From: a virus
Lineage: Duplodnaviria > Caudoviricetes
Length of the DNA stretch: 64,000 nucleotides
IMG/VR virus record: IMGVR_UViG_3300014205_000214
Coordinates: 8,628-72,627 of that record
Strand: one strand, 5' to 3'
Below the pieces are notes generated by a model. That model made no database searches, was not told the DNA's origin, and saw only the letters and a list, made by a program, of their open reading frames with translations. A program made the translations under genes and the position numbers. Positions 18,030-27,706 of the stretch are shown in pieces (within the stretch, counting starts at the first letter, position 1; each line of letters starts with the position of its first letter).

Positions 18030-18192
18030 TAAAATAACAAATCAATAATAATAGAGCAACAAAAACAAACAAACCAAATAGGCCAGAATACAGGACCAAT
18101 AAAACTATAAACAAAAAGTGCTATAAGAGCTAAAAGAGAACCTATCGTTGCTGGCATTCTACTAAATAATATATTACATACAGACTTCATAT

Positions 18193-18417
18193 TTAGCTTT
18201 CGTCAAAAGGAAATTTTCCATGTTCAATATATGGACTAATTTTTCTAATAGCTTGTAGTTGTCTTGTGGTTAGTTTCTTCCAAAAATTATGAATCCATTT
18301 TGCTTCAGCTAGATTGAGAACAATAATCATAGCTTCTTTTAAAGACATGTGTGGGTTTTTAGAAGCTATTTTAGACTCTTCTAAATGAATTTGTTTTAAT
18401 CTACATTCTGTATTCAT
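18193..18417 (-). CDS. hypothetical protein
   Basis: ATGA-coupled ORF. Confidence 0.5.
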   Translation of the reverse strand: MNTECRLKQIHLEESKIASKNPHMSLKEAMIIVLNLAEAKWIHNFWKKLTTRQLQAIRKISPYIEHGKFPFDES

Positions 18418-18839
18418 GAGAACATATCCGTTTTTCTAATATTACGAAAGCCACCACTAACAGCCCAAGTTAAATCTGGTTGTTTTCCCTTTGGGTATCT
18501 TATTGGATAAGAAATAGAAAATATAGAATACTTATTAGTCTTTTCGCAATCAAATTCTTGAGTAGAAGGTTTAAATTTTAGAAAAGTATCTTTAATTAAA
18601 CATTTTACCAAGTCTGGAACAGCATAATTCTTATACTTATCCTTAATAATCTTTCTAATAATTCTACATTTATAGTCTGAAAATGGAATATCTTGTGGCC
18701 AAATAGACTTTAATTTATTATTCGTCCACAGCATGATCTTTTCTCCAAGATTTTTCTTGCTTTTCTCGCGTTCTTTCGCGCTTTGGTTTATCGCTATGAG
18801 TCCCGCTTCCAGAGCGATGCTCAATATGTCCATAAACAA
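18414..18839 (-). CDS. hypothetical protein
   Basis: Packed ORF. Confidence 0.55.
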   Translation of the reverse strand: MFMDILSIALEAGLIAINQSAKEREKSKKNLGEKIMLWTNNKLKSIWPQDIPFSDYKCRIIRKIIKDKYKNYAVPDLVKCLIKDTFLKFKPSTQEFDCEKTNKYSIFSISYPIRYPKGKQPDLTWAVSGGFRNIRKTDMFS

Positions 18840-18868
18840 TTCTCTTTTTCTCTGTTTTACCCATCTTT

Positions 18869-19561
18869 CTAACCTAGAATTGAAACTTGATCACTTGAAG
18901 CCATACTATTAACTACTCTTTTTTCGTTTGTAAGTTCATAACTAACTACAATAGAAATAGGCTTAGAGCATAAATCATAGTTTTTAGCACATTTTTCACA
19001 AAGTAATCTTCGCACAGTTTTTGGATATTCTTTTCCAATATCAACTAAAGTACGATACTTTTGAGTCTGAGGAAAGCTACAATCTTCACATTTTGACATA
19101 GGATCAATAAATCCAAGTTCACTTTGAGCAACTAAACAGTCAGCTACTTTACAAGCTTCAATAAACTTATCAAGAGTTAAATGAGCACCGCTAAAAGTAT
19201 ATCCCTTTTCAAAAACTTTTGGGTCATCTGTTAAAGAAACATTAACAGACCTCATAAAGCCAGCTTGTTCCATACCTAGAGAATTACCTGACCAAGGCCC
19301 TTCTAATACTTTAGTAGAACCGTCTTTCATTATAATAGAAAATTTACTACCACCATATCCTTCACCTGGACTGGAATAATAATAAAAATCTACTAAACCA
19401 TCCTTTTCAGCGAAATAACAACATCCCTTTTGTTCATATACTAAAGATTTATAATCAGGAATTTCATCTACTAATACTTCAAGAGTAGGTAGATTATCAA
19501 ATTCTGTACTATTTCGAACTTTTGCTTTAAGAATTTTCATTTTTAGATCCGTAAAAGACAA
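18869..19561 (-). CDS. hypothetical protein with CxxC pairs
   Basis: First gene after promoter 19579; likely start at internal MKILK. Confidence 0.65.
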   Translation of the reverse strand: MSFTDLKMKILKAKVRNSTEFDNLPTLEVLVDEIPDYKSLVYEQKGCCYFAEKDGLVDFYYYSSPGEGYGGSKFSIIMKDGSTKVLEGPWSGNSLGMEQAGFMRSVNVSLTDDPKVFEKGYTFSGAHLTLDKFIEACKVADCLVAQSELGFIDPMSKCEDCSFPQTQKYRTLVDIGKEYPKTVRRLLCEKCAKNYDLCSKPISIVVSYELTNEKRVVNSMASSDQVSILG

Positions 19562-19624
19562 CTGTGATTGATTCTTATATTATACTATGAGAACAAAATT
19601 TGTCAATTAAATTTTGTTTAAAAA

Positions 19625-19635
19625 GAGTATTTATA
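19625..19635 (+). promoter_or_regulatory. putative late promoter
   Basis: GAGTATTTATA. Confidence 0.65.
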
Positions 19636-19675
19636 CTTAGAGACAAATTTAAATTAACTCTAACTAGGATTTTAA

Positions 19676-19837
19676 ATGCGAAAATTAAGTGATCAAGATA
19701 AAATTGATATTGTATTAGCATATCTTAAAGGTGAATCTTCTCTTAAACTAGGGCAAAAATATAACGTGTCGAAACAGGCTATTTTAGCTATTTTACGAAT
19801 AAGAAATATTGAAATCAGAGGTAAAAATGGAAAATAA
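19676..19837 (+). CDS. 53-aa HTH-like protein overlapping the GIY-YIG start (not in ORF track)
   Basis: MRKLSDQDKIDIVLAYLKGESSLKLGQKYNVSKQAILAILRIRNIEIRGKNGK; AGGA RBS. Confidence 0.8.
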   Translation: MRKLSDQDKIDIVLAYLKGESSLKLGQKYNVSKQAILAILRIRNIEIRGKNGK

Positions 19838-20675
19838 AATTTACGGTAGAATTTATCTTATTAAAAATTTAACAAACGGGAAAATGTATATTGGGCAAAC
19901 CGTTAAAAAAATAAGTTTGCGATTTTCAGAACATTGTAGTAATGCAAAAAAGGAGAAAGATCTTGGTATGATAATAACAAGAGCTATTAAAAAGTATGGA
20001 AAAGAAAATTTTACTATTGAAGAAATTGACGTAGCTTATAATCAAAAACAATTAAATTTATTAGAAGGTATATATATTTCTTGGTTTAATACGTTAAAAC
20101 CTAATGGATATAATCTAACGCATATAATTAACGGAAAAGGAAAACCAAATAAAACTATTATAGAAAAAATAAGAAAAACAGCAAATAAACCAGAAAATTT
20201 AATAAAATCTTCTGAAAATGGTAAAAAAAGACGCGGAAGAAAAACTAATTTTAAATCTAAATACGTCGGAATATCTATTAGTGGTAGTAAATATAGAGCT
20301 ATTATAGGACATAATCATAAAAATATTAAAATCGGAACTTATAATACTGAGATTGACGCTGCTAAAGCTAGAGATATTGAAGCTATTAAATTATATGGTA
20401 ACGATGCTATATTAAATTTTCCAGAGTTACGTGAAGATTATATAAACAATAAAATTTTTATAAAAAAGAATTCTATTAATCATCAAATAAAATCTGGAGA
20501 AAAAAATATTTATTATTGCAAAAGGGATAAACTATGGCAATATAAATGGTATGATAATATTGAAAGTAAAATGAAATCTAAAACATTTAAATTATTAAAC
20601 GACGCCATTAAATTTAAATATAAAAGATGTTCCCTTGATAAAAATTTCCATTATGATCTAAACAAGCAGAATTAA
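19827..20675 (+). CDS. GIY-YIG homing endonuclease with AP2-like domain (paralog of 721..1524)
   Basis: GRIY...YIG; SKYVGI...IGTY.TEIDAAKARD; start at MENK by homology. Confidence 0.9.
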   Translation: MENKIYGRIYLIKNLTNGKMYIGQTVKKISLRFSEHCSNAKKEKDLGMIITRAIKKYGKENFTIEEIDVAYNQKQLNLLEGIYISWFNTLKPNGYNLTHIINGKGKPNKTIIEKIRKTANKPENLIKSSENGKKRRGRKTNFKSKYVGISISGSKYRAIIGHNHKNIKIGTYNTEIDAAKARDIEAIKLYGNDAILNFPELREDYINNKIFIKKNSINHQIKSGEKNIYYCKRDKLWQYKWYDNIESKMKSKTFKLLNDAIKFKYKRCSLDKNFHYDLNKQN

Positions 20676-21285
20676 TAAAAGTAGTATCAAAACATGGACT
20701 ACTAAAAGTTCCAAAATTAAAAAACCCTTTACTTGGATACGCATGAATGTGTCCATGTAGCATATACTTAGCCTTTACTTCTAAGACTCTATTAAGCAAA
20801 CTTTTACAACCCGCTCTAACAATATTTCCAGTATCTACATCATCAGTAATATCTAAGATGTTTTTACAAGGCCCGTGAATAGCTAATATAGAAATATTTT
20901 CCGGTATCATATCCCAAATAACTTTCATTTTATTACGTTTTCTCATATAGGCCCATCCTTGACCATAAGAACAGGTCCACGGAGAACCATAAATTGAGAC
21001 TCCTTCTACATTAGCTAATTCATCTATTAGGAATTTAATTCCTGGATAATCTTCCTTGCGAATTAAACCCTTTTCTATACTTAAATCGTGGTTTCCTGGA
21101 ACATATATCTTGTGTTTAATAGGTAAAACCGAATACCATTCCATAAATCTTCGAACTTCGTGTTCGTTAATATATGGATTCTTATTATTAGAACAATCTC
21201 CAGTGTGGATAACTATATCGCATTCTGGAATATTAAATTCGTTATGTCTACAATGAGAATCAGATATATGCCAGACGGTTTTCAT
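20614..21285 (-). CDS. calcineurin-like metallophosphoesterase
   Basis: SDSH, GD, GNHD, HGP, HGHIH. Confidence 0.88.
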   Translation of the reverse strand: MKTVWHISDSHCRHNEFNIPECDIVIHTGDCSNNKNPYINEHEVRRFMEWYSVLPIKHKIYVPGNHDLSIEKGLIRKEDYPGIKFLIDELANVEGVSIYGSPWTCSYGQGWAYMRKRNKMKVIWDMIPENISILAIHGPCKNILDITDDVDTGNIVRAGCKSLLNRVLEVKAKYMLHGHIHAYPSKGFFNFGTFSSPCFDTTFINSACLDHNGNFYQGNIFYI

Positions 21286-21755
21286 TTTAAAAGTTCTCTA
21301 ATCTCTTTTTCTCTAGCTTTAATTTGATCAAGTTCTTTTTTAAGTTCTTCTATTTTTTCTTGTGAAAGAACCTTATTATTTAATGGAACAGTCATATAAC
21401 AATATCCATTATAATGATAAATTCCATCATAAGCATGACAAAATTTCTGTTCGCTACCCAAAATACCACTCTGAGACATAATATAATCATGAGCTAGGCT
21501 TCTAGAAAGAAAAGCTTTATGAAAAACATTAAAGCCATTACCTGTTTGAAAATCAGTATTCTGTAATACTACTACTATATCCATATTAACTTGACCCTTG
21601 CTTAAAGATTTTATCTCTGCTACCGCCCAAGCTAATTCTTTCCAGGAATTTTCTGAAGCAACCACGAATGATTCTCCAAATTTTTCATAAACAGTAAAAC
21701 TATTACCGGTTTCAACTATTAAGTAGTTTGGATTATTAGTTGTTCTGATAATCAT
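21282..21755 (-). CDS. hypothetical protein
   Basis: ATGA-coupled ORF. Confidence 0.55.
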   Translation of the reverse strand: MIIRTTNNPNYLIVETGNSFTVYEKFGESFVVASENSWKELAWAVAEIKSLSKGQVNMDIVVVLQNTDFQTGNGFNVFHKAFLSRSLAHDYIMSQSGILGSEQKFCHAYDGIYHYNGYCYMTVPLNNKVLSQEKIEELKKELDQIKAREKEIRELLK

Positions 21756-22089
21756 TATACTTTTCCATTAGTTTTTCATAATGTCTCTCTCCTGTTGGAG
21801 TTAACCCATTATTATCCCAGTTTTGATAACGATCATGAAATTGTTGTAAATCTTGCCAAAAATAAATAGAATGGCCCTTATATTCATTTTTTAAATAATC
21901 TTCAATATTAAGTATCTGATGAACAAAAGCATGTTTTGGTAAAGTTTCTGGATTATTACAACATCTTCCAACAGCACACATATTACCTTTTCTATTGATA
22001 TATTCGCAACCACCAGATGGGCTTAATGATCTTTTTGTGACATCTTGATAAGTGTTTTTTGTTTCGTTAATAATTTGTACTTTTAGCAT
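21736..22089 (-). CDS. hypothetical Cys-motif protein
   Basis: C.Y......CAVG.C...LQ.FHD. Confidence 0.6.
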   Translation of the reverse strand: MLKVQIINETKNTYQDVTKRSLSPSGGCEYINRKGNMCAVGRCCNNPETLPKHAFVHQILNIEDYLKNEYKGHSIYFWQDLQQFHDRYQNWDNNGLTPTGERHYEKLMEKYNDYQNN

Positions 22090-22298
22090 TACAATCTCCT
22101 AATTTTATTAATATCTATGCCATAAATCTTTAATAATTCAGCTACAACAGTTCCATAACATGGTAATCCAACAACCGTACCATTTCTTCTATATTCTTCC
22201 CACATACAAATAAAACCAATAGCGTCTTTTAAAGATTCTTCATTTAAAGCTTCTTGAATAGCTTGGCTTAGGGTTTTTATTTCGTTAAGTGGTTTCAT
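22089..22298 (-). CDS. hypothetical protein
   Basis: TAATG-coupled ORF. Confidence 0.5.
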   Translation of the reverse strand: MKPLNEIKTLSQAIQEALNEESLKDAIGFICMWEEYRRNGTVVGLPCYGTVVAELLKIYGIDINKIRRL

Positions 22299-22310
22299 TA
22301 TTTTCTTCAG

Positions 22311-22401
22311 TCAGGGTATGAGAAATCGAATCTCTACTACGACCACCAGCTATTTTAATATGTAGTAAATGCTTATAAGACATTTTGCTGGTAATACCCT
22401 G
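22311..22401 (-). ncRNA. non-canonical tRNA-like RNA
   Basis: 7-bp acceptor CAGGGTA/TACCCTG, T-arm GAGA-TTCGATT-TCTC, anticodon-like loop CT-TAT-AA, no D-arm. Confidence 0.55.
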
Positions 22402-22406
22402 TTATA

Positions 22407-22643
22407 CTAACACCTAGTAATAAAGCTACTACTTTCTGTTTTTTCACAAAAAGTAATTTCAATATATGGACCTGAATAAGCACCTTTAATCATATTGTAA
22501 AACTTTAGCCATTCAGGAGATTCTTGCAAATTAATATAATGACTAACATTTAGTTTTACTTCCATCCTAGCAACAAGCTTATCAGCATTTCTTATATCAA
22601 AATTCTTATCACTAGTATCCCAAATTTCTACTTTAATATTCAC
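22407..22643 (-). CDS. hypothetical protein
   Basis: Packed ORF. Confidence 0.5.
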   Translation of the reverse strand: MNIKVEIWDTSDKNFDIRNADKLVARMEVKLNVSHYINLQESPEWLKFYNMIKGAYSGPYIEITFCEKTESSSFITRC

Positions 22644-23059
22644 TTTTTATTCCAAACCTTACGATTAATAATATTATTAAAATGATCCTCGTTAAAACTA
22701 AGCTTTTCAGCCATATATGAAAAATATGTTCTAGGAGAACTACTACCCACATAAGAGTTCATATAGCCAACATATTTAACATTTTCTAAACAAACAGGAA
22801 GAATAATAAGATTCTTTTTAAGATTCCAATATTGATCTCCCCATCTATCTAAATCTTTAATTACTGATTCACAATCTTCTTCAAGAGCAAGGGCATAAAA
22901 ACACTCACTATTATTAATATTGTTGATTAAATAAGGAAGATTATTATCATTCAATGGGAACGTTTGAAACGCCGAATATAATTTCCCGTCATTAACATGA
23001 AAAATCTTCCAAGCATCTATTTTTTCAACTGATACTTTAAATTTTCTATATAAGCACAT
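22640..23059 (-). CDS. hypothetical protein, distant YYKV-like
   Basis: AWKIF...KLYS.F. Confidence 0.55.
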   Translation of the reverse strand: MCLYRKFKVSVEKIDAWKIFHVNDGKLYSAFQTFPLNDNNLPYLINNINNSECFYALALEEDCESVIKDLDRWGDQYWNLKKNLIILPVCLENVKYVGYMNSYVGSSSPRTYFSYMAEKLSFNEDHFNNIINRKVWNKK

Positions 23060-23060
23060 A

Positions 23061-24344
23061 TTATGCGTTCCATTCCTTTACAAGTCTAACGGCAACATTA
23101 AAAGCGAACTCTTGAAAATCGCTACAAAAATCATCTGCTCCGGTAATATAATGAGATAATTCATGTAGTATTGTATTAAAATTACTAGAATCGTCTACGT
23201 TAATATAAACACAACCATCTTGATAATATCCGTGAGTATACCCACCATTTTGAGCAACACCAGTAAAATTCTTTACTTGCGGCTTAGGTTTATTCATTGT
23301 TAAGCCAATTCCTTCAAGCTTACGCCAAACCTTATTGAAATTCTTAATACAAGTATTACTGGCTTCTTGGATAGTATAACCAGAACTTTCTACTTTGGAA
23401 ATAAAATTCTCTGCAACTGGTATATCAAGAGCCTTAACTAGATCAAGACACCTAACATATACAACTTGCTTACCCTTAGCTTTTGCAGCATTCCCAATCT
23501 TTTCATTATCTGCTGCAACAGCATTACCGAAAATTTCTTCCCAAACTTCTTTTACTAGACTCTTATTAAAGGACCAGTAGTAAAACTTATCTTCCCAATA
23601 CTTAGTAGTAAGATCAGTAAAAGTATTGAAATACTTCTTAAGATATTCTTTATTACGACCAAGAATCTTTCCGCAATAGTCGACACAACTAGAGTCAGAC
23701 ATATTCCTGGACTCATCAATTTTAGTATCATCGCCAAGATTATAATTAAACATACTTTGGGGATTATATTTATTAGCTTCTCGTACAAAGACTCCTTTTC
23801 TATAAATCTTTGCTAATCCATCATTATTCTCGAAAATATCCAAGTCTTGCTTATTAACAAAGTGAAGAAATTTCTGAGAAAGATTATTATAATACTTTTG
23901 AACTTCAGGTGTCAAAGGAATATAAATAGAGGTAGCATTATCATGAGCTTTTGGTGCTTCGACAATATCTAGAACAACATTTTCAACACCAACAGCATCA
24001 ATAGCATTGCTAATAAATTCTCGTAGAGTCATTTCTACAGAATCCCAGTCCATTTCTCCATATTCAAGAGAGAAACCTGTCTTTTCTATTTGACCCTTAT
24101 AGGAGTAACAAACCCTATTATATTGTTTATCTCCCATAAAATCAGGCTTAGAGAAAAACTTTAACTCGTTTTCTCCAAGAAAAATAATAGGATTAAGACC
24201 AAATCTTAGTAAGATATTTACTCCATTTTTTGAACCCGTTCCAAACATTCCAATTTTTTCAGCGTTTCCCCTAGCAGTAGAAACACCCAAAACAGTAAAA
24301 GCTTCAACTGGAGCAATACTAGAATTTTGAATCAAAAGATACAT
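23061..24344 (-). CDS. GHKL-like ATPase fused to a HExxH metallopeptidase
   Basis: IGMFGTG.K, LREFISNAID, C-terminal ILHELSHY. Confidence 0.6.
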   Translation of the reverse strand: MYLLIQNSSIAPVEAFTVLGVSTARGNAEKIGMFGTGSKNGVNILLRFGLNPIIFLGENELKFFSKPDFMGDKQYNRVCYSYKGQIEKTGFSLEYGEMDWDSVEMTLREFISNAIDAVGVENVVLDIVEAPKAHDNATSIYIPLTPEVQKYYNNLSQKFLHFVNKQDLDIFENNDGLAKIYRKGVFVREANKYNPQSMFNYNLGDDTKIDESRNMSDSSCVDYCGKILGRNKEYLKKYFNTFTDLTTKYWEDKFYYWSFNKSLVKEVWEEIFGNAVAADNEKIGNAAKAKGKQVVYVRCLDLVKALDIPVAENFISKVESSGYTIQEASNTCIKNFNKVWRKLEGIGLTMNKPKPQVKNFTGVAQNGGYTHGYYQDGCVYINVDDSSNFNTILHELSHYITGADDFCSDFQEFAFNVAVRLVKEWNA

Positions 24345-24410
24345 TTTTCAAACCTTAAAGAGTAACTGGCTAGATGACTAAATTATACCAGAAAGACTTA
24401 GTTTGTCAAA

Positions 24411-24575
24411 TTAAACATCCATGTTTTCTAGTGCATATTCTTGACCATCACAATAAGCATTACACTGATCCCAGTTTTTATAAGGTGGATCATAAATACT
24501 ATCTAAAAAATCGTCAATACCACGAAAATAACAACAATCAAGACAATCATAATCTTCTTCGTTATGCTGGCACAT
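24411..24575 (-). CDS. 54-aa acidic Cys-rich peptide (not in track)
   Basis: MCQHNEEDYDCLDCCYFRGIDDFLDSIYDPPYKNWDQCNAYCDGQEYALENMDV fills the gap. Confidence 0.5.
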   Translation of the reverse strand: MCQHNEEDYDCLDCCYFRGIDDFLDSIYDPPYKNWDQCNAYCDGQEYALENMDV

Positions 24576-25077
24576 CTGTTACAAACCTATCATCAATAAT
24601 ATCTTGCATAATTTCTAGAAGTCTTTCTTTTTCATCTTCTGAATATTCTTTGACATAAAACTTTCGCAGTTCTTCAAGTCTTTCATATTCTCCAATTGGT
24701 GATTTACTGTTATAGGACCAGGAAAAAACTTCAAGCTCAAAAGCTATTTCAATTGCGTTTAGTAGTTTCTTTCCAAAAATATTTTTAATTTCTATTGGAC
24801 ATGAACCTTCATACTCAAGATCATAATTAAAATCTAAAACCTGTTTTGTGGTATATTTATTATTAGTCCCAACCCAGCTTAAAAAGATAGAGCCTTTAGC
24901 ACATACTTTACAAACATTATTATTAATAGTTTCCTTACAGGATTTGTTACTAACCATATTAGCAAAAATCTTTTCGGTATCTCCACAGAGAACACTTCCT
25001 CTGTTCGGAACTAAGCTACCAGAACGAACCCTATTAATAACATCTTGACAAACTTCTTTAACTTCTTTTGAAAACAT
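24562..25077 (-). CDS. hypothetical protein
   Basis: C.VCAKG; TAATG coupling. Confidence 0.6.
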   Translation of the reverse strand: MFSKEVKEVCQDVINRVRSGSLVPNRGSVLCGDTEKIFANMVSNKSCKETINNNVCKVCAKGSIFLSWVGTNNKYTTKQVLDFNYDLEYEGSCPIEIKNIFGKKLLNAIEIAFELEVFSWSYNSKSPIGEYERLEELRKFYVKEYSEDEKERLLEIMQDIIDDRFVTDVPA

Positions 25078-26210
25078 TAGACTTTCTCCGCAATTACTTT
25101 GACACGATTAACAATAGTTTGACGAGTATCATTATAAACCTGATGCTCTATAATAGTAGCTTTTACTAGATAATTTTCACCAATTTTAAAGTCTACTTCT
25201 CCAGAAGCAAACCACACAAGAACATTACCATTAGAGTTAAACCTTACCATTGTTTTAAGACCATAATCAGTCTCAAATTCTTTCTTGAAAGTACATTGAA
25301 TAGGAATATCAATCCTTTTCTTTATTTCCCCAATAAATTCCGATTGAACAGTATTAGCCTTTTCTAGTTCAACCGAAAGAGCTTTTTGATAACACGGAAT
25401 AATAGCTGAAATATATCCGATTTGCTTATAAGTAACATAGGGTTGATTAACTATGTTCTTAATATTATTTTCAAAATCCGATTTTCCATCTAGATTTTTA
25501 GCCCATTCCATAGCTTTAACAGCTAATTCTTTATCAGAATCTTCTACATATAGTTCTTTTTCTTGAATAAACTTTTGAGTAAAATAATCCGGAAATGTAA
25601 CTTGCCAAGCTGTTGATTTAGTAGGAATTAAACCTGGATCATCCCAAGCAGCTTTACTTGAAACATAACCAATCTTACGAACAACTACAGAAACCCTTTG
25701 TAGAAAATATTCAATAGAACAAACCTTTTCTTCTCTTGGGCCATATTCTTCAGAATTACAATTCTCCATTAGTTCATAGATATAGGAAAATTGACTAACA
25801 AGATTTTCTAGACTTACACCTAAGTAGTCTTTAAGACATTGTTTACCTAATTGGATATACTTATCGCCTTCGCGGACAATAACAACTTCTTTTCGATATC
25901 TATTAGTATTACAATGATCACAATAAAATTCAGAATTTCTAAATTCTACTGGGGTTTCTTCTCCCGGTACACTATTAATTAGATTAGTACCATCTGGAAG
26001 CTTGCTAATAACAGATACTAATTGATAGTTTCCAATCTTAGGAACACAACCAGAAACTTCAATATCTAATTTTTCTAGTCCGTTTTCTTCATAAAACTTT
26101 AAAATAGAAAAAGAAAGCTCTGGATTACCATATTTAATACATTTCTTATTAAGTTTATCAAACTCAGATTGAAGTAGATCTTTAAATTGAGCAAGAATAG
26201 TAAACAGCAT
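25077..26210 (-). CDS. Zn-ribbon plus C-terminal OB-fold phage protein
   Basis: CDHC...R.R, G..CLKDYLG; FIGE.K.R...KATI.EH..Y...QT. Confidence 0.65.
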   Translation of the reverse strand: MLFTILAQFKDLLQSEFDKLNKKCIKYGNPELSFSILKFYEENGLEKLDIEVSGCVPKIGNYQLVSVISKLPDGTNLINSVPGEETPVEFRNSEFYCDHCNTNRYRKEVVIVREGDKYIQLGKQCLKDYLGVSLENLVSQFSYIYELMENCNSEEYGPREEKVCSIEYFLQRVSVVVRKIGYVSSKAAWDDPGLIPTKSTAWQVTFPDYFTQKFIQEKELYVEDSDKELAVKAMEWAKNLDGKSDFENNIKNIVNQPYVTYKQIGYISAIIPCYQKALSVELEKANTVQSEFIGEIKKRIDIPIQCTFKKEFETDYGLKTMVRFNSNGNVLVWFASGEVDFKIGENYLVKATIIEHQVYNDTRQTIVNRVKVIAEKV

Positions 26211-26250
26211 CTTTTATTTTCCTTTGGTGAAGTGATGCCTCTATTATAGC

Positions 26251-26739
26251 TTAAGAATCAATTTTGTCAAGAACTTTTTTAACAACTATCGGACAATTAA
26301 CATAAACTCTATTCGAATCTAGATTAACGACATAATTGATAGCATATGTAAAATTTACAAGGTAATTGTGAAGATCAACTACTAAAACTCTATCTCCTAC
26401 TGAATATTTCGGATTAAAACAATCTCTAACCACTTCATAAAGTCCTAGATCTACTTTATTTACAGAAAGATTATAGGTTTCTTCTAAAACATTTAACCAT
26501 TCTTGTGTAAGCTCTTTTGCTTCACGCCAATCATCAGGATCAATAAAACCATAATCTTCACAAAACTTTCGGCCTAATACTTTTTCAGCATTCTCATAAT
26601 CATCAAACATTTGACCAAGAATACAACTATCGTACTCTGTCATATCTAAACGCGAAACATCTACTTCTTTTTTCCAGTTTGGATGATTCTCATTTAACCA
26701 TCGAACACCTTTAGCAACTTTTTCTTTAAGAGTTAGCAT
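26251..26739 (-). CDS. CxLGQ paralog family protein
   Basis: GVRWL....PNW...LDM...CILGQ. Confidence 0.65.
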   Translation of the reverse strand: MLTLKEKVAKGVRWLNENHPNWKKEVDVSRLDMTEYDSCILGQMFDDYENAEKVLGRKFCEDYGFIDPDDWREAKELTQEWLNVLEETYNLSVNKVDLGLYEVVRDCFNPKYSVGDRVLVVDLHNYLVNFTYAINYVVNLDSNRVYVNCPIVVKKVLDKIDS

Positions 26740-27181
26740 GTTTTTTACCTAGTGAATAAGCTTTTGCGAATAAGGAAGCGTTTTGATAACCAGTACAAGA
26801 ATACACTTGCTGAACACCACGGAAAAAAGCATATTTAACACTTTTTTTAGTTTGTTTAGCTTTTACAAGCAATCCAGTTTGAGTAGATAACGGAATACAC
26901 TTTTTAGTTTTAATCCATCCAGGTTTTTTATTAAGACAAACTGTTTCTGGTAATAAACCTAAAAAAGCTAGTAAAGAACTATTAGCTTTTTTATTATTAC
27001 ATTTTGAACAACAAGCAATAATATTATTATTTAGTCCAGAATCAACATTAAAAAACAAATCTGAAAATCTTGGAATAACATGATCTCTAGTAAGATTTTC
27101 GCTTGTTAATATTGTTTCACAATAACAGCATTGTGTTCCAATAAATATTTCCCATTTTGGAAGATTAACGAAAATATTCAA
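26726..27181 (-). CDS. HNH endonuclease
   Basis: CCYC...TRDHVIP...N...C..CN..K. Confidence 0.8.
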   Translation of the reverse strand: MNIFVNLPKWEIFIGTQCCYCETILTSENLTRDHVIPRFSDLFFNVDSGLNNNIIACCSKCNNKKANSSLLAFLGLLPETVCLNKKPGWIKTKKCIPLSTQTGLLVKAKQTKKSVKYAFFRGVQQVYSCTGYQNASLFAKAYSLGKKHANS

Positions 27182-27370
27182 TTACTTGCCCTGTTCCTTC
27201 TTAGCTTTCCTTCTAAGACCTCTTTTAGTAGATGGTTCTTTATTTTCTTGCGGTGCTGGATTGTAAACACTTTTACTTTGTTTTCCAGAGCTATCGCGGC
27301 CATGAATACTGTAGCTGGTTTTCTTTTCTTCTGACATTTTGTTTCCTTTAAGAGAACTGAGTAACAACAT
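27182..27370 (-). CDS. small basic protein
   Basis: Likely start at MSEE after an AAGG RBS. Confidence 0.45.
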   Translation of the reverse strand: MLLLSSLKGNKMSEEKKTSYSIHGRDSSGKQSKSVYNPAPQENKEPSTKRGLRRKAKKEQGK

Positions 27371-27391
27371 GATTTATTATACGTTAAGAGC

Positions 27392-27706
27392 TTAGTTTGT
27401 CAAATTATTTATTAACACTTTAACTTCTTTATAAGTTTTTGGTCTTTCGGATTTACTTAAAAACATCATATCAAAGATTATACTATGAGTATTATCAAAT
27501 TTTAAAACCTGTTCTCTATTACCATTAACAGTAGAATAAACACCATTTAATCCACACGTAAAATTATCATAACCTAGATCTTTTGCCATATGAACCATTA
27601 AACAACCGCAAGAATCTCTAGAAGAATTTTCTGAAAAGTTTACTTGTCGATCATCTGGTTGATTATTAATAAAATCTAAAAGCTGTTGTTTTGAAATACT
27701 AATCAT
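27392..27706 (-). CDS. hypothetical protein
   Basis: Packed ORF. Confidence 0.55.
   Translation of the reverse strand: MISISKQQLLDFINNQPDDRQVNFSENSSRDSCGCLMVHMAKDLGYDNFTCGLNGVYSTVNGNREQVLKFDNTHSIIFDMMFLSKSERPKTYKEVKVLINNLTN

Noticed and set aside
22311-22401. tmRNA or ochre suppressor tRNA
   Set aside because: No G3-U70 pair, no tag ORF, too short; reading TTA as the anticodon breaks the canonical C32-U33 loop
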